Positions 13,061-25,900 of a stretch of DNA of 64,000 nt are shown piece by piece. The stretch comes from Lingula anatina. Its lineage: Eukaryota > Animalia > Brachiopoda. The notes below the pieces were generated by a model. That model was not told where the DNA came from and ran no database searches. It worked only from the letters and a program-made list of their open reading frames with translations. The DNA lies in assembly GCA_051362555.1 (NCBI GenBank), contig CM120644.1, positions 15,522,534 through 15,586,533 of the forward strand, written 5' to 3'. Numbering within the stretch: position 1 is the first letter of the stretch; the number at the start of each line of letters is the position of its first letter. Position numbers and translations under genes: made by a program.

Positions 13061-16000
13061 TATGTATCATTTTCACGTAACAAAGAAGAATGAGCGACGT
13101 AATAACCTTCGTGCGCACATATACAACGTCGCACGTAACCACAGAGTCGCAATAACAGAGAACAAACAATGAAATCAGAAAACAACACCTCCATTGTTAC
13201 GTGAAAATGATACATACGTTACCATAAAGCGTGTAAATGTTTTTTATTCTGTTTTCATTGGTTGTCTTTCATTTTGCGCGTCAACATTATTTTAATGAAA
13301 CACAAATAAATTTTCTTCTTTATTACGTTAATTTGAGACATACGTTACCGATATATACGTTACTACGAAGCGTGTAAATATTTATTAGTTCTATTTTCAT
13401 TGGTTGTCTTTCGTTTTGTGGGCCAACACTTATGCCTTAATGTGACATTAAAATGAAAAAAAAACGAGACAAAAAATTTCTTACCTTGAACTATCTGTGA
13501 AAATTTTTCATTTCATTCATACGTTACCGATATGTTCGTAACCAAATAATATGAAGGTGTTGTTTTTTGATTTCATTGTTTGTTCTCTCTTGTCGCGACT
13601 CTGTGGTTGCGTGCGACGTTGTATGTGTGCGCACGCTTGTTATTACGTCACTCATTCTTCTTTGTTACGTTAAAATGATACATACGTTACCAATACATAA
13701 TTTTCCATGCAACGTGTAAATAATTATTCTATTTTCATTGGATTTCTTTCGTTTTGTGGGCCAACACTAATGTCATTTATTTGTGTTTCATTAAAATAAT
13801 GTTGAAGTACAAAATGAAAGACAACCACTGAAAACATTTACACGCTTTATGGTAACGTATGTATCATTTTCACGTAACAAAGAAGAATGAGCGACGTAAT
13901 AACCTGCGTGCGCACATATACAACGTCGCACGCAACCACAGAGTCGCGACAGCAGAGAACAAACAATGAAATCAGAAAACAATACCTTCACGTTATTCTC
14001 TAACGTATGTATTATATAAACAATTTGAACAAACGGTTTCAAGTCAAGTAATCTTTGCTTGCCCTGCTTTTCCTTCTTATTTTAATGTAGTATGCCGTAA
14101 GAATAAGGCGTTTGCTCATAAAACGGACAAGAAACAATAAAATAAAAGTATTTACACGCTCCATGGTAACTATTTTTATTGGTTGTCTTTCGTTTAGTGC
14201 GCCTTCACTTATGTCTTAATGTTACATTACAATAAAAGAAATCGATAAAATTTAGTTTTCTTGCCTTCAACTATCGGTGAAAATTGTTCATATGATACAT
14301 AATTACTGATACAAACGTGAACAAAATATGAAGATGATATTTTCTTATTTCATTGATTGTTCTCTGTTTCCATGATTTTGTGAGTGCGTGTGACTTTGTA
14401 TATGTGAGCACGCATGCCTTTACGGCGCTCTTTCTTCTTTCTTACGTTATTTTGAGACATACGTTACCGATATATACTTTTCCATGAAACGTGTAACTAA
14501 TTATTCTATTTTCATTGGTTGTCTTTCGTTTTGTGGGCCAACACTTATGCCTTAATGTGACATTAAAATGAAAGAAATCGAGACAAAAAATATTTCTTAC
14601 CTGCAACTATCTATGAAAATTATTCATCTGATTCATACGTTACCGATATGTTCGTAACCAAATAATATGAAGGTGTTTTTTTTTTATTTCATTGTTTTTT
14701 CTCTCTTGTCGCGACTCTGTGGTTGCGTGCGACGTTGTCTATGTGCGCACGCTTGTTATTACGTCACTCATTCTTCTTTGTTACGTTAAAATGATACATA
14801 CGTTACCAATACATACTTTTCCATGAAACGTGTAAATAATTATTCTATTTTCATTGGTTTTCTTTCGCTTTGTGGGCCAACACTTATGTCTTTTATTTGT
14901 GTTTCATTAAAATAATGTTGACGCACAAAAGGAAAGACAACCAATGAAAATAGAATAAAAACATTTACACGCTTTATGGTAACGTATGTATCATTTTCAC
15001 GTAACAAAGAAGAATGAGCGACGTAATAATCTGCGTGCGCACATATACAACGTCGCACGTAACCACAGAGTCGCAACAACAGAGAACAAACAATGAAATC
15101 AGAAAACAATACCTTCACGTTATTCTCTAACGTATGTATTATATAAACAATTTGAACAAACGGTTTCAAGTCAAGTAGTCTTTGCTTGCCCTGCTTTTCC
15201 TTCTTATTGTAATGTAGAATGCCGTAAGAATAAGGCGTTTGCTCATAAAACGGACAAGAAACAATAAAAATAAAAGTATTTACATGCTCCATGGTAACTA
15301 TTTTTATTGGTTGTCTTTTGTTTAGTGCGCCTTCACTTATGTTTTAATGTTACATACCAAGAAAAGAAATCGATAAAATTTAGAAATAAAAATATGAAGA
15401 TGTTATTTTCTTATTTCATTGATTGTTCTCTGTTTCCATGACTTTGTGAGTGCGTGTGACTTTGTATATGTGAGCACGCATGCTTTTACGGCGCTCTTTC
15501 TTCTTTCTTACGTTAATTTGAGACATACGTTACCGAATTATACGTTACCACGAAGCGTGTAAATATTTATTTATTCTGTTATCATTGGTTGTCTTTCGTT
15601 TTGTGGGCCAACACGTACGCCTTAATGTGACATTGAAATGAAAGAAAACGAGACAAAAAATATTTCTTACCTGCAACTATCTGTGAAAATTATTCATCTG
15701 ATTCATACGTTACCGATATGTTCGTAACCAAATAATATGAAGGTGTTGTTTTTTTATTTCATTGTTTGTTCTCTTTTGTCGCGACTCTGTGGTTGCGTGC
15801 GACGTTGTATATGTGCGCACGCATGTTATTACGTCGCTCATTCTTCTTTGTTACGTAAAAATGATACATACGTTACCAATACATACTTTTCCATGAAACG
15901 TGTAACTAATTATTCTATTTTCATTGGTTTTCTTTCGCTTTGTGGGCCAACACTTATGTCTTTTATTTGTGTTTCATTAAAATAATGTTGACGCACAAAA

Positions 16001-16370
16001 GGAAAGACAACCAATGAAAATAGAATAAAAAACATTTACACGCTTTATGGTAACGTATGTATCATTTTCACGTAACAAAGAAGAATGAGCGACGTAATAA
16101 CCTGCGTGCGCACATATACAGTAATCTTTACTTGCCCTGCTTTTCATTCTTATTGTAATGTAGTATGCCGTAAGAATAAGGCGTTTGCTCATAAAACGGA
16201 CAAGAAACAATAAAAAATAAAAGTATTTACACGCTCCATGGTAACTATTTTCATTGGTTGTCTTCGTTTTGTGCGCCATCACTTATGTCTTAGTGTTACA
16301 TTAAAATGAAATAAAACGAGACAAATAAGATTCTTGCCTTCATCTAACTGTGAAAATTGTTCATATGATA
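13061..16370. repeat. Complex palindromic satellite, block B (same family as 1-6645, with more diverged subunits)
   Basis: Same core in both orientations. The stretch from about 13225 resembles window positions 1-1000. Diverged units at about 14220-14470 and 15350-15530. Confidence 0.95.
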
Positions 16371-16716
16371 AAGTTTGAATTCCTGTATAAAAAAGAATAA
16401 ATAACACTGGAATTCGACAAAAAATCAAATTTTATTAATCAAATTGGCTTAGTGCTTACAGATTTCAACATCATTGGAAATAAGTTATTAGAAATTATTA
16501 CATAATAATGAGAATCTGATTCGAAATATAAGGCAGAAGGCTAGTAGTCGAAATATCTGTTTTCAATCAATGGTGACAACTTACTGCATATTTCATATAT
16601 TTTAATGGACTTATAGGTGTCCTCTCTGATCTAAAATTTTTATTGAAATGGAAAATGGCATCCCTCATATTTCCAAGTTACACTTTACTCTGACCTATAT
16701 AAGTACTTCTTATAAT

Positions 16717-17346
16717 AATCATCTCCGCCAAGAAGATTGTGTTTTTCGTCCCGTTTATCCCTTTATAGGTTTGTTACTTAGCAAGGCCTTGGAAAAATGT
16801 GTGGACTGATTTGAATGAAATTTTCAAAAACTTTCGAAAGTGGACCAGTAACTATAAGATTTTGGCGGCGATCCATTTCTCAAAAAAATGGTTAATCGTT
16901 AGTTAATTATTTTTCTGACTGTAAGAAAGATTTTGGAAAAAGTTGTGCACGGATTTTGATGAAATTTTCCGATAGTTTCGCAAGTGGACCATGTAACAAA
17001 TAAAATGATTTTGGTGTTGATCCACTCATTGATTTAATTTAATTTAATTTAATTTAATTAATTAATTTAATTAATAAAGTTGATTTAATTTAATTAATAA
17101 AGTTTGTAAGCAGCATGATGCAAAATGTTATGGACGGATTTTGACGAAATGTTGATGCATGGGCCAAATTTTTGGTAGTAATTGATTAATTAGTTATTCA
17201 GCCAATGAGTTTATTTACTCGTTGATTGATAAATTAATTAATCAAAAATGAGAACACACCTAATTATTTAGTTATTAAATAATAAATAAAGGTGAGAATT
17301 CAGTTACCTTGGCGGAGGTCTGCGCTCTCTGAGAGCTTTTCCTGTT
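16717..17346 (+). mobile_element. Helentron-associated non-autonomous element (HINE/DINE-1-like)
   Basis: Subterminal inverted repeats CTCCGCCAAG (16723-16732) and CTTGGCGGAG (17308-17317), a 3' hairpin GCTCTCTGAGAGC (17324-17336), three internal degenerate repeats (GGATTTTGATGAAATTTT at about 16800, 16950, 17135) and T-rich ends. Confidence 0.75.
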
Positions 17347-17530
17347 AAACAAAATGTTGGTTCAGAATTTAAAACATCTAATTGAAAAAATAAAATAAAT
17401 TAAGATAATATAAGATATTGCGCATGTCATTTTAGCCACAAACTAATCGAAGCTAAATTAAATTAAACTCTTTCTGTATAAAAATAAAATAACCCATGAA
17501 ATGGGGTCACGGAGAACTCTGCATCGGCAA

Positions 17531-19829
17531 TTACGAGCACTTGCCACACGCACGTTGGCAATTTACGAGCATGTAATTCGGGTTCTTGGCACACTCCCCC
17601 CTCTTAGACCATTGATCGCAGAGAACGTTCTTGTTAACGCATTTACCTGAAAAAATAATGAAATAAAGTAGAATTCACAAACAAAGTTAGACATACCTAG
17701 TTAGATTGTTTAATATTTCACGGACGAGACATCTTTAAGAATTATCAGGAATCTAATTAAATGTCATTTTATAGTAACGCCATCATGGACTTTAAAAAAG
17801 TACAAGTTCATAAAAAGTAAGCCTGATATGCTTTGCATTATTAACAAACCGAAGAAGAAATTTGTGACAGTACCTCCAGAGCATCTATTGCAGGATTTTG
17901 GACAGTAAGGGATCATATACCGGGGGTTACGAGAGCACTCGCCACGTGCTGCCCAAGTGGCACAGTATTTGTCGTAATCAACACAACTGCTACTTCCTGG
18001 AAAGTAGAAGTAAGAAAAGAGTGACGATGTTTTGGCCGGATTGGACAACAGAGCAGCCATTCTTAAGGCCACTTGATAAAGAACACATATAATAAGCTTT
18101 GCTTTGAGAAGATTGAGAAGAAGGATATTACGGGCTGTTTGGCTGCGACCAGAAATATAATTCAATGTTTTTAACATAATTAGTTTAATTATGGAAATAT
18201 AATTATGTTTTTCATTAATTCATTCCAATTCCCAAGTCTTAACTCTCCATATAAGACATTCATTTAACAAACAAGAGATTACACGCCGTAGAATAGATAA
18301 ACTTGATGTAAATATTTCATTATACAATGAGAAAAAAACTTTTTCTTAAAATAACGGTAAGAAAACATTTAACGCCTCCTACCTCCTCCTCCTCCGTTAC
18401 ACAAACGACATGACTCTTTACAGTAAACGTGCATGTATCCAGGGTTACGTTGACACTCGCCTCTTGACGCCCAGCCTGCACAATTGTTGTTGTTATCCCG
18501 ACAGTTGTCTGTAACGGACAAATGTAACCATGGAGTTCAAATTCAAACCAATAAAAGATGCATCGCTCATTTCTTGTTCCATTTTTTTTTTCATATGAGA
18601 TATACAAGTGTGCACAAGCGCTTAGAAAACGACATGTAATATAATTAAAATTACAATTTTTAAATACAAATATAAAAAGCTTTTAAATGCAGATTGAAGT
18701 AACTTACTATTTCCACCCCCGGTACCGCCTCCAGTGCCACCGCCAGTACCTCCCCCGGTTCCACCCCCGGTGCCGCCTCCAGTTCCGCCCCCAGTGCCAC
18801 CTCCGGTGCTGCAGGGTTGCACAGGAATACCCCCGTTAGTTCCTGGGCACATACAGCGGCAATTCTTGTCCACGAATCCCGGGGAGGGACATCTAGGTTT
18901 GTTCGTGCAGCCGCCTGCGATAAAAACACATTTTCAAATGTAACAGAGTTGAGAGAAAAATGTACCTTACTTTATAGCTGTCGGACCGACTGATTTTCAA
19001 ATAATCATGAAGCTATAAAATCAAACTAACAATTTCTTTAATGGTCACCAAATTTTAACGTTGCATGCTACGAGCCTGTACAAGGGTTATAAAATATAAT
19101 TAATTAAACACACACTAAAAAAACTCGGAATAGTATAATCACTACTTGTCGCAAATGACTTTGAATATGCACAAAACGAGAAAATAAATCGAGGAAACTC
19201 ACGGTCACAACTGTACATGGCGTTTGCCAACTTGACATCGCCGAAGCTGTGTCCGAAGCTGTTTCCAATAGTATTCTGCTTGGATTTATCCTTGGTTATA
19301 ATGGTCGGGCGCCCGTTGGTAGAAAATGCCTGGAAATATGACATTTACCTGAAGGGTTACTATATTCTGGAGGTTTACGGTCAGCAATGAAAAGAAGGAC
19401 CAGAAGAATAAGTTAAAAATCCCCAAAAAAGTTGAAGAACGGGATAAGAAACGAAACCAAAAAGAAAATAAAAACTTACGTATTGGCCATAATGCATGAC
19501 GCTGTCGTAATCGTACGGTACGCCATGCGTATTGGTGACAGACTGCGGATATTTTTCAAAATTGTAATAAAGATGCCCTGGAATGTTCCCTCTGACGATG
19601 GTGACATAGTTATCGCGGTCATATCTCGTCTGCTCGTGGTTGAACCCTATCGCGTGTCCCAATTCATGGATGATGATTCCTTTCTAAAAGACATAATAAA
19701 GAACAGTTTGCACATATTTTGATAAATTTTGAGGAGGGCGCAAATTATGTCGTTACGTAAACTTTTCATCGTAATGGTTTCAGTGGTTGTCTTTCTGAAT
19801 ATTATAAATACTGCTTGAGTTTCAACTGC

Positions 19830-19870
<41 letters not shown>

Positions 19871-22380
19871 TCTGATGCTATTTATTGGCAGAATAATAAG
19901 ATTATTCAACTAGTGGAAAAAACTAAAGATAATCACCAGAAATAAGATGTACATTGTAGCATTCATGTTGTCAATAGATTGAGAAATAAACTGATATTTT
20001 GAAAACGCTTTGACTTACAGATCTGCATCCTTGTCCCAGGGTAACCAGTTGGCGTCCCCGTCCTAACATCCCAACAAAAGAGGAACACCTAAAAATAAAA
20101 AGACAGAAACTCCTCTAACATTTTCATTAAAGAGTTACAATAACAGGCCCCACCACAAGCCAAATTATAGACTTAATGAACATACATGTCTGCTGTGTGA
20201 AGTGTTATTCAAATCGAATTCCACATGCTTAAAGACACGCTCTAAGTTGCGTCAATTAATTTTCATAAACCCAAGGCTGCAAAAATCCAATTCTTTTTCT
20301 TTTTTTTTATCTTTAAAACAACTACAAGAATTCACTTACCCAAAGTAGAAACAAAAGGATTAATTCCTGTCTCTATTTTTTCCATATTACCTTCAAATAA
20401 CATCCATGAACTAACTTGAAGCAGTTAAATTATTTTTCCAAATTTAATATGTATTCATTTAATCGATTCACATGCGTCTACCAATCCCTAGCACTTAAAA
20501 TGCGAATGTAAAACGTTTTAAATGAATTTTTCATTGGATGAATTCCTTTTTTCTTACCCGCTGCCGTTTTCCAAGTGAATGTAGTTCCTTTCATTTCTTC
20601 GTGGCCTGAATTGGATACATGTGTATTTGTTCCAGTCATCCACAGCCTGTTGTATGGCTCTGCGATCTGAGGCAGCTGGAAACATGGATGAATGAATTTT
20701 TTTATTTCATTTTATTGAAAATTTCTTATTCTAATTAAATTCAAATTAGGGCGGATAGAATGGGGGAAGAAGGTTACTTGAACCCCCCCCCCGGCCAGTA
20801 GCTTCGCAGGTACCTTTTACTCCCCTTTTTCTCTCCCAGAGAAAAAGTATATACAACATGCGTTACAAGACAAAAAAAGAAAAATGCGTTCATCCATGTC
20901 TTACATATCAAATTGTCCTGCAAATCAAACTTAAATTGACCACGTCTGCTTTTGCGATCCTTATGCCTCCCTTCTCCTTCCCATCCAATATTAGAAAGAA
21001 GCCAGTATCCAAAGGTTCGTACAATTTTATCTGTGTACGCGTTATTATCATTTTTTTTTAAATATATTTTTTTTTGCGTTTTATGGATTTGAATTATTAT
21101 TTTTATACAAACCAAGCTCTACTTACACATCACCGATGATATGGTATACGGGACTACACCATTTGGCCAGCGGCGTCCTAAATCTCTGACTCCTTTCCTT
21201 TTCTTGCGGGCACGTTCCCCTTCATAGTTACCGTCCTTGTCCAACAATCTTCAGATAAGATATAAAAAAGACTTAATCAGCAGAGGAGATATAGGGCCTT
21301 TGTCTTGCCGTTCAATATATCAATTTGTTGTCAAAAAAGCAAATTCGCTTTTTTGCATGTGAAGCAAATCATTTCGACCCTTAATCACAGATAAGCATTG
21401 CTTTACTCACTTTACAAACAAATTACTTTTTTCCATTAATTCACAACACTTTGGTGTTTTGATAACGTCTTCCTTGTTTCGTTTTCTTACGGAAAAAAGA
21501 AAAAGCTGTAATATATGCTGGTGTGTAAATTGATGGAAAAAGTAATTTATATATTTATTTCTCCAGTCTGAATATCATGATATGACATCCCATTCTATGA
21601 CCATAACTTCGCTTCTGACAAGATATTATTAAAATTACTCCTTATACTATATCTATATAATGCACAAGTTATTAAATTTAAATTGTCCTCCGGTACGACA
21701 ATCTTACGTACCCAAACTCCTCCTCCCTGGCTCTTTCGAGGGCTTGAAAATCTTCTTTAAGCATTAAAATATCCAATTCACGTAGAACAACGCTGTCATC
21801 TTGTATAGTCTCCAGTGCTCTACCTAGTAAAATTTGAAAACGAAAGTAACAATGAAAAATCGAAAGATCCTTAAGACTGCAACTGACACAACGGGATACA
21901 TTTAAGATTTGTACAAAGTAGACAATGTAGAATATACTATGTACGTTATTTGAAAAGCACGCCATGAAATTTTACATACCAAAAAATATAGTGAAAAATA
22001 TAGATAAAGATGTTGATATTTACTTTTATTTGCTGCGATCTTGATTAGTTCATCCATTGTTGCTGCGTGTGACACTTCTAAAAGCTGAAATGTTTCATAA
22101 AGGTATCTTTGAATAAGCGTAGATATTGTGCTTTTACAATGTAAGAAGATGCAATGTGAGGCAAAAATACATACATCTCATAACTTAGTTTTTCTTTCCT
22201 TTTTTTTCTTTTTGAGCACGTAAGGTAGTAGGAAACGGTCCGAAAATGTTTCCATTAATATTTTGGTTCATATATAAGCTGGAAAGTTAAGCCAGTTTCA
22301 CTACTTACCCATACTGCACAAACTACGGCTGTCAGTGCTGCGGCGACAAATCTCGACGATACAAACTGTACGCTTCTCAT
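17531..22380 (-). CDS. Secreted astacin (M12A) zinc metalloprotease with EGF-like module, Gly/Thr linker and 3 ShKT domains, 485 aa, 12 exons
   Basis: Exons 22380-22309, 22084-22024, 21823-21712, 21248-21127, 20675-20558, 20088-20019, 19683-19480, 19329-19203, 18914-18708, 18508-18383, 17996-17874 and 17646-17531 sum to 1458 nt with an open frame. Signal peptide, prodomain ELDIL, furin-type [12 protein letters not shown], zinc motif [19 protein letters not shown], Met-turn SVMHY and three C-x6-C-x2-W-x3-GEC-x2-NP-x-YM-x3-C-x3-C-x2-C domains. Confidence 0.96.
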
Positions 22381-23186
22381 ACTGCTGTTTTTTTTACTAA
22401 CGAATTACCGGTTCTGAAATCTCTTTTCTACATTTCGGCTGATAGCCCATTGCGATTTCCCGCTCCACTTTATCTAAACTTCCGTATTTCCGGGTCTTAT
22501 TTAGTTCACTGATTATTTCGCTTTTTTACACAGTATCATTTGCTTGATGAGTGATAGAATTGAAATAATCTGGCAGTTTATTGAGTCAGAATTTTGGGCG
22601 ATTTTTTTTTCATACAAAGGTTATAGTGCTCAAACATAGGGATTGACCAACAGGGAAACAAATACGTTTATCGCCCTTGGTCATCGGTTTAGTCATACAG
22701 GTAAAGCACACATGTAAACAAATATTTAGACTGACCATAACGGAATGGTCAAGGTCTGGGGCTTAACTGTGTCAAGTAAATGGGTCACTGTGAGTAAACT
22801 CTGACGTCAATCGGGAGCAGATGAGATTCATATCAATGATTTGGCAAGGGAAGTGGTCTGAGCCAAGGGATGTGGTCCGAACCCTCCCTGGACAAGAGGC
22901 TGTCTGCTTCGTAACATTTCGGCCTCTAAATGATAAAACACTTATGAAGTAAAATGGAATCTGAGACAGTCGCGGGCTATTAATATATTACTCAGTTTCG
23001 TGAACGGAATGAAGTACAAACCCGCTGTAATGACATCAGATACGTCACCGTGGTCAGCGTTCATTTATCAAGTTTAATTTTTTTCCTTCCACGTCGTTTT
23101 TCGCACATACAGTGATACGTTCCAGACAGCATGTTAACAAACTTGATATACGTACTGCATAGCCTTTTGACATGTGCTAACGGTCA

Positions 23187-23339
23187 GGGCCCCGTAACTC
23201 GAAAGCATCGCGTATTGCGACCGAGCGCAAGAGTCTCGATTCCATAACCCCCATATTATGGGGCGAGTAAGAGCGAGTTATGGAAATGAGACGCTTGCGC
23301 TCGGTGGCAGTTACGCGATGCTTTCTAGTTACGGGGCCC
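23187..23339. mobile_element. Palindromic MITE of about 150 bp (GGCCCCG termini, Harbinger-like)
   Basis: GGGCCCCGTAACTCGAAAGCATCGCGTA... pairs with ...TACGCGATGCTTTCTAGTTACGGGGCCC. A diverged second copy lies at about 46711-47076. Confidence 0.8.
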
Positions 23340-25900
23340 ACGTTGTTAAGTTTCAGAAATTCTGTATCTAGGCAAGTATTGAGCATTGTTTTGCCTGTCG
23401 CAGATATGCCTTGACATAGTTTTGTCTGTTACTGAATAACTATCTGAAATCGAAATTAAGGAGGGGTTTAAGGGAGTGATGTAAAGCACATCAGTAAATT
23501 GTGTGGTGTACAACTACCTAAACATTGACAGTGACGTTATATTATGAAACGTGCTTCTACCGGGATTGTCGAGTAACGGTAATATGGGGGGGGGGGGGGG
23601 TCGAGAATTCTTCTTTTTCTAAACTTATTGTGACAAAAAGTGATAAATCGATATTTTTGTGTAATAACGCAAGAGATTTCCGATTCATTCCTTGCTAGTA
23701 TGGAAAGTTTTCGTATTCAGTAAAGAAGGTTTAAAAAACAACCACTTCGGATAATATTCGTACGTTATTCACACTAACAAAAGGGGTAACGAGATGCATA
23801 TTTATTTTACTGGCACATTTTGTCCTCAACTTCAAGTATATTTTTCATAATGCCTGTTAAAGAGGGTTTTGCAAATTACTGTCTATGACAATGCAGTTTA
23901 GTCTAGAAGAATAACTGTGTCCTGTCATCATATCGTATTAGTATTCTTTAAATGGCTGAAACATTACAAAAATATCAAACAACTAAAAATAATGACCTGC
24001 GGCAAAAGACCGCACGTTTTTTTGTTTTATTTATTTATTTATTTATTTTTTTTTTTTACAATTTTTAAAAGCCAGGTGACACCGCGAACGTAGCAGCGAT
24101 CTATTCATTGTGTTATTTAAATTAAACATAAACAAAGGCATTTTCTGAAACATCATACTCGCTTCTTGATTTGTACATTAGATTGGAGAGAGTGAGATGG
24201 CGATGCGAGCAACAGTTAAATAGTTTAAATTCTAGTCCGTTTATTTATTTATTTATTTTTTTGTCATAATAGGTGAAGTTATTTATTTATTTTGCAGTGA
24301 TTTTTAAAAGTTGTAAGACTGATGTAAGTAAAATTCCACTTGAACAAACAAATATTCTCTCGTTAATTCTTAAAATAACATTTTTAAAATGCTAAATGGA
24401 CCTATAAATTGAGAAATAGTGAGAGTTCTCGAGGCATGCGAAGCAAGTCCCGAGTTCGATTTGCATGCAGTGTCGACCACCTCACTTAAAAAAACAAAAC
24501 AAATGGAGCTGTTACATGCTTGGCCATGAAAACATTGATAACGAGCAATTTACCTTGTAAAGCTCTAGTGTAAGCTCTAGTGTTCGATAACTTAGGTTGT
24601 GTGATCGCCAGGGAGTTGGTGAAAGTAGGCCAGTGACCACTCAGACTTATAACAATGTTAATACGCATATTTAAAAGTGCAGTTTTCAACTAAGGTTTGA
24701 GGAGATAAAGTAAACGTATAAATGAGAAATATTTAATTTCAATTCTTATTTATTTGTCTTATTCATAATTTTTTCCTTTTTTCTCTCTACTCTGACATTA
24801 GAGTACTGATAACCCAAAGCCATGAATAAAGGTGTCCGTTGTTTATAATTACCTATAGCAGTAGTATATGCAAAACTATTCATTTGTATCTGCTGCCTGG
24901 TATAAGCTAATCAGGATTTTTCATATGACAGACTGTTTCTTTCTTTCGTTTCGTAAAATCACACAAACTTGCTTTTCATTCATCAGAATAACAACTCAGT
25001 TGATTACAAAATATGTTTGAGAGTACTGAGATGGCTGTATATGCTAAGTCCAGTGTACTTTCAACTGACTCACTACAGTACATTACAAACAAAACAATCA
25101 TGCTCCCTCAGGCTGCCTCGAAACTGCAGTCACCCTACGCCCTATTATCTATAGTGGCCTTCGAGATGTGAGTAGTTCGCGGCTACCCGTACCAGTTTAA
25201 CGGACATCGGGCCTATCATAATTTTGGGGAGAAGGTATGTTGCTTAGAAATTGTTATAAAATTTGGCCGTTTGATTTGGAAATCAATGCTTAGTGCTTAT
25301 TACTCTTATTATAAAATAAGATAATTAACAGAATAATCAAATAAACATTAGTTAATATAATATGTATGTTAAAAAGATTTTATAATCAAGTATGGGGATC
25401 ACTATCAAACGCCACCCCCTTTGAAAACGTTGACCAGGAACGCCACCATGTGACTTTCTATCACTGAAGGTATAAAAGCGCGAAATTTTGAAATTGTGTT
25501 CATTCAACGCAGACAGATCAGGAGCAACAAGAAGGATGCCATGTACTGCGCCCCGTATCAAGCAAAAAGGACAAAGGAGTCGACTCACATTTTTCCGAAT
25601 CTTTTCCAGTCAACGTATCGCTCATCGACATGTCGATTCTTGCACACGCAGACGTCTGGACGGTGGATTCGACGTTTCTCTAAGCTGGCCAGCTAAAGTC
25701 TTCGCTTCTCTCCACGAGGAATCGTCGCCCAGGAATCTTCGCAGGAAACTTCGTCGCCTTCTTCTGTTGTGGGCTATTATTGTAGTGTCGTTGCATGTAT
25801 ATTTCTATGCATTCCAGGTTTCTTCTTATTACAGGTCCAGGAAGCAGAGGACTGACATAGGTAGGAAAACTCATTAATCCGTTTTTCTTTCTGTTAACAG

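Noticed and set aside
33-16282. Repeated Cys-rich ORFs (…SRLCGCVRRCICAHAGYYVAHSSLLR…) on both strands
   Set aside because: They are translations of the satellite core, occur in both orientations, often start at non-ATG codons and have no splice or domain support.
18734-18943. Pro-rich ORF (PPPV)n on the + strand
   Set aside because: It is the antisense reading of the astacin GGGT linker.
24430-24660. Possible tRNA or tRNA-derived SINE (B-box-like GAGTTCGAT)
   Set aside because: No cloverleaf or A-box could be built. At most a decayed SINE fragment.
25488-25877. 129-aa ORF with a C-terminal hydrophobic stretch
   Set aside because: TTG start, no recognisable domain and no frame-consistent link to downstream exons.
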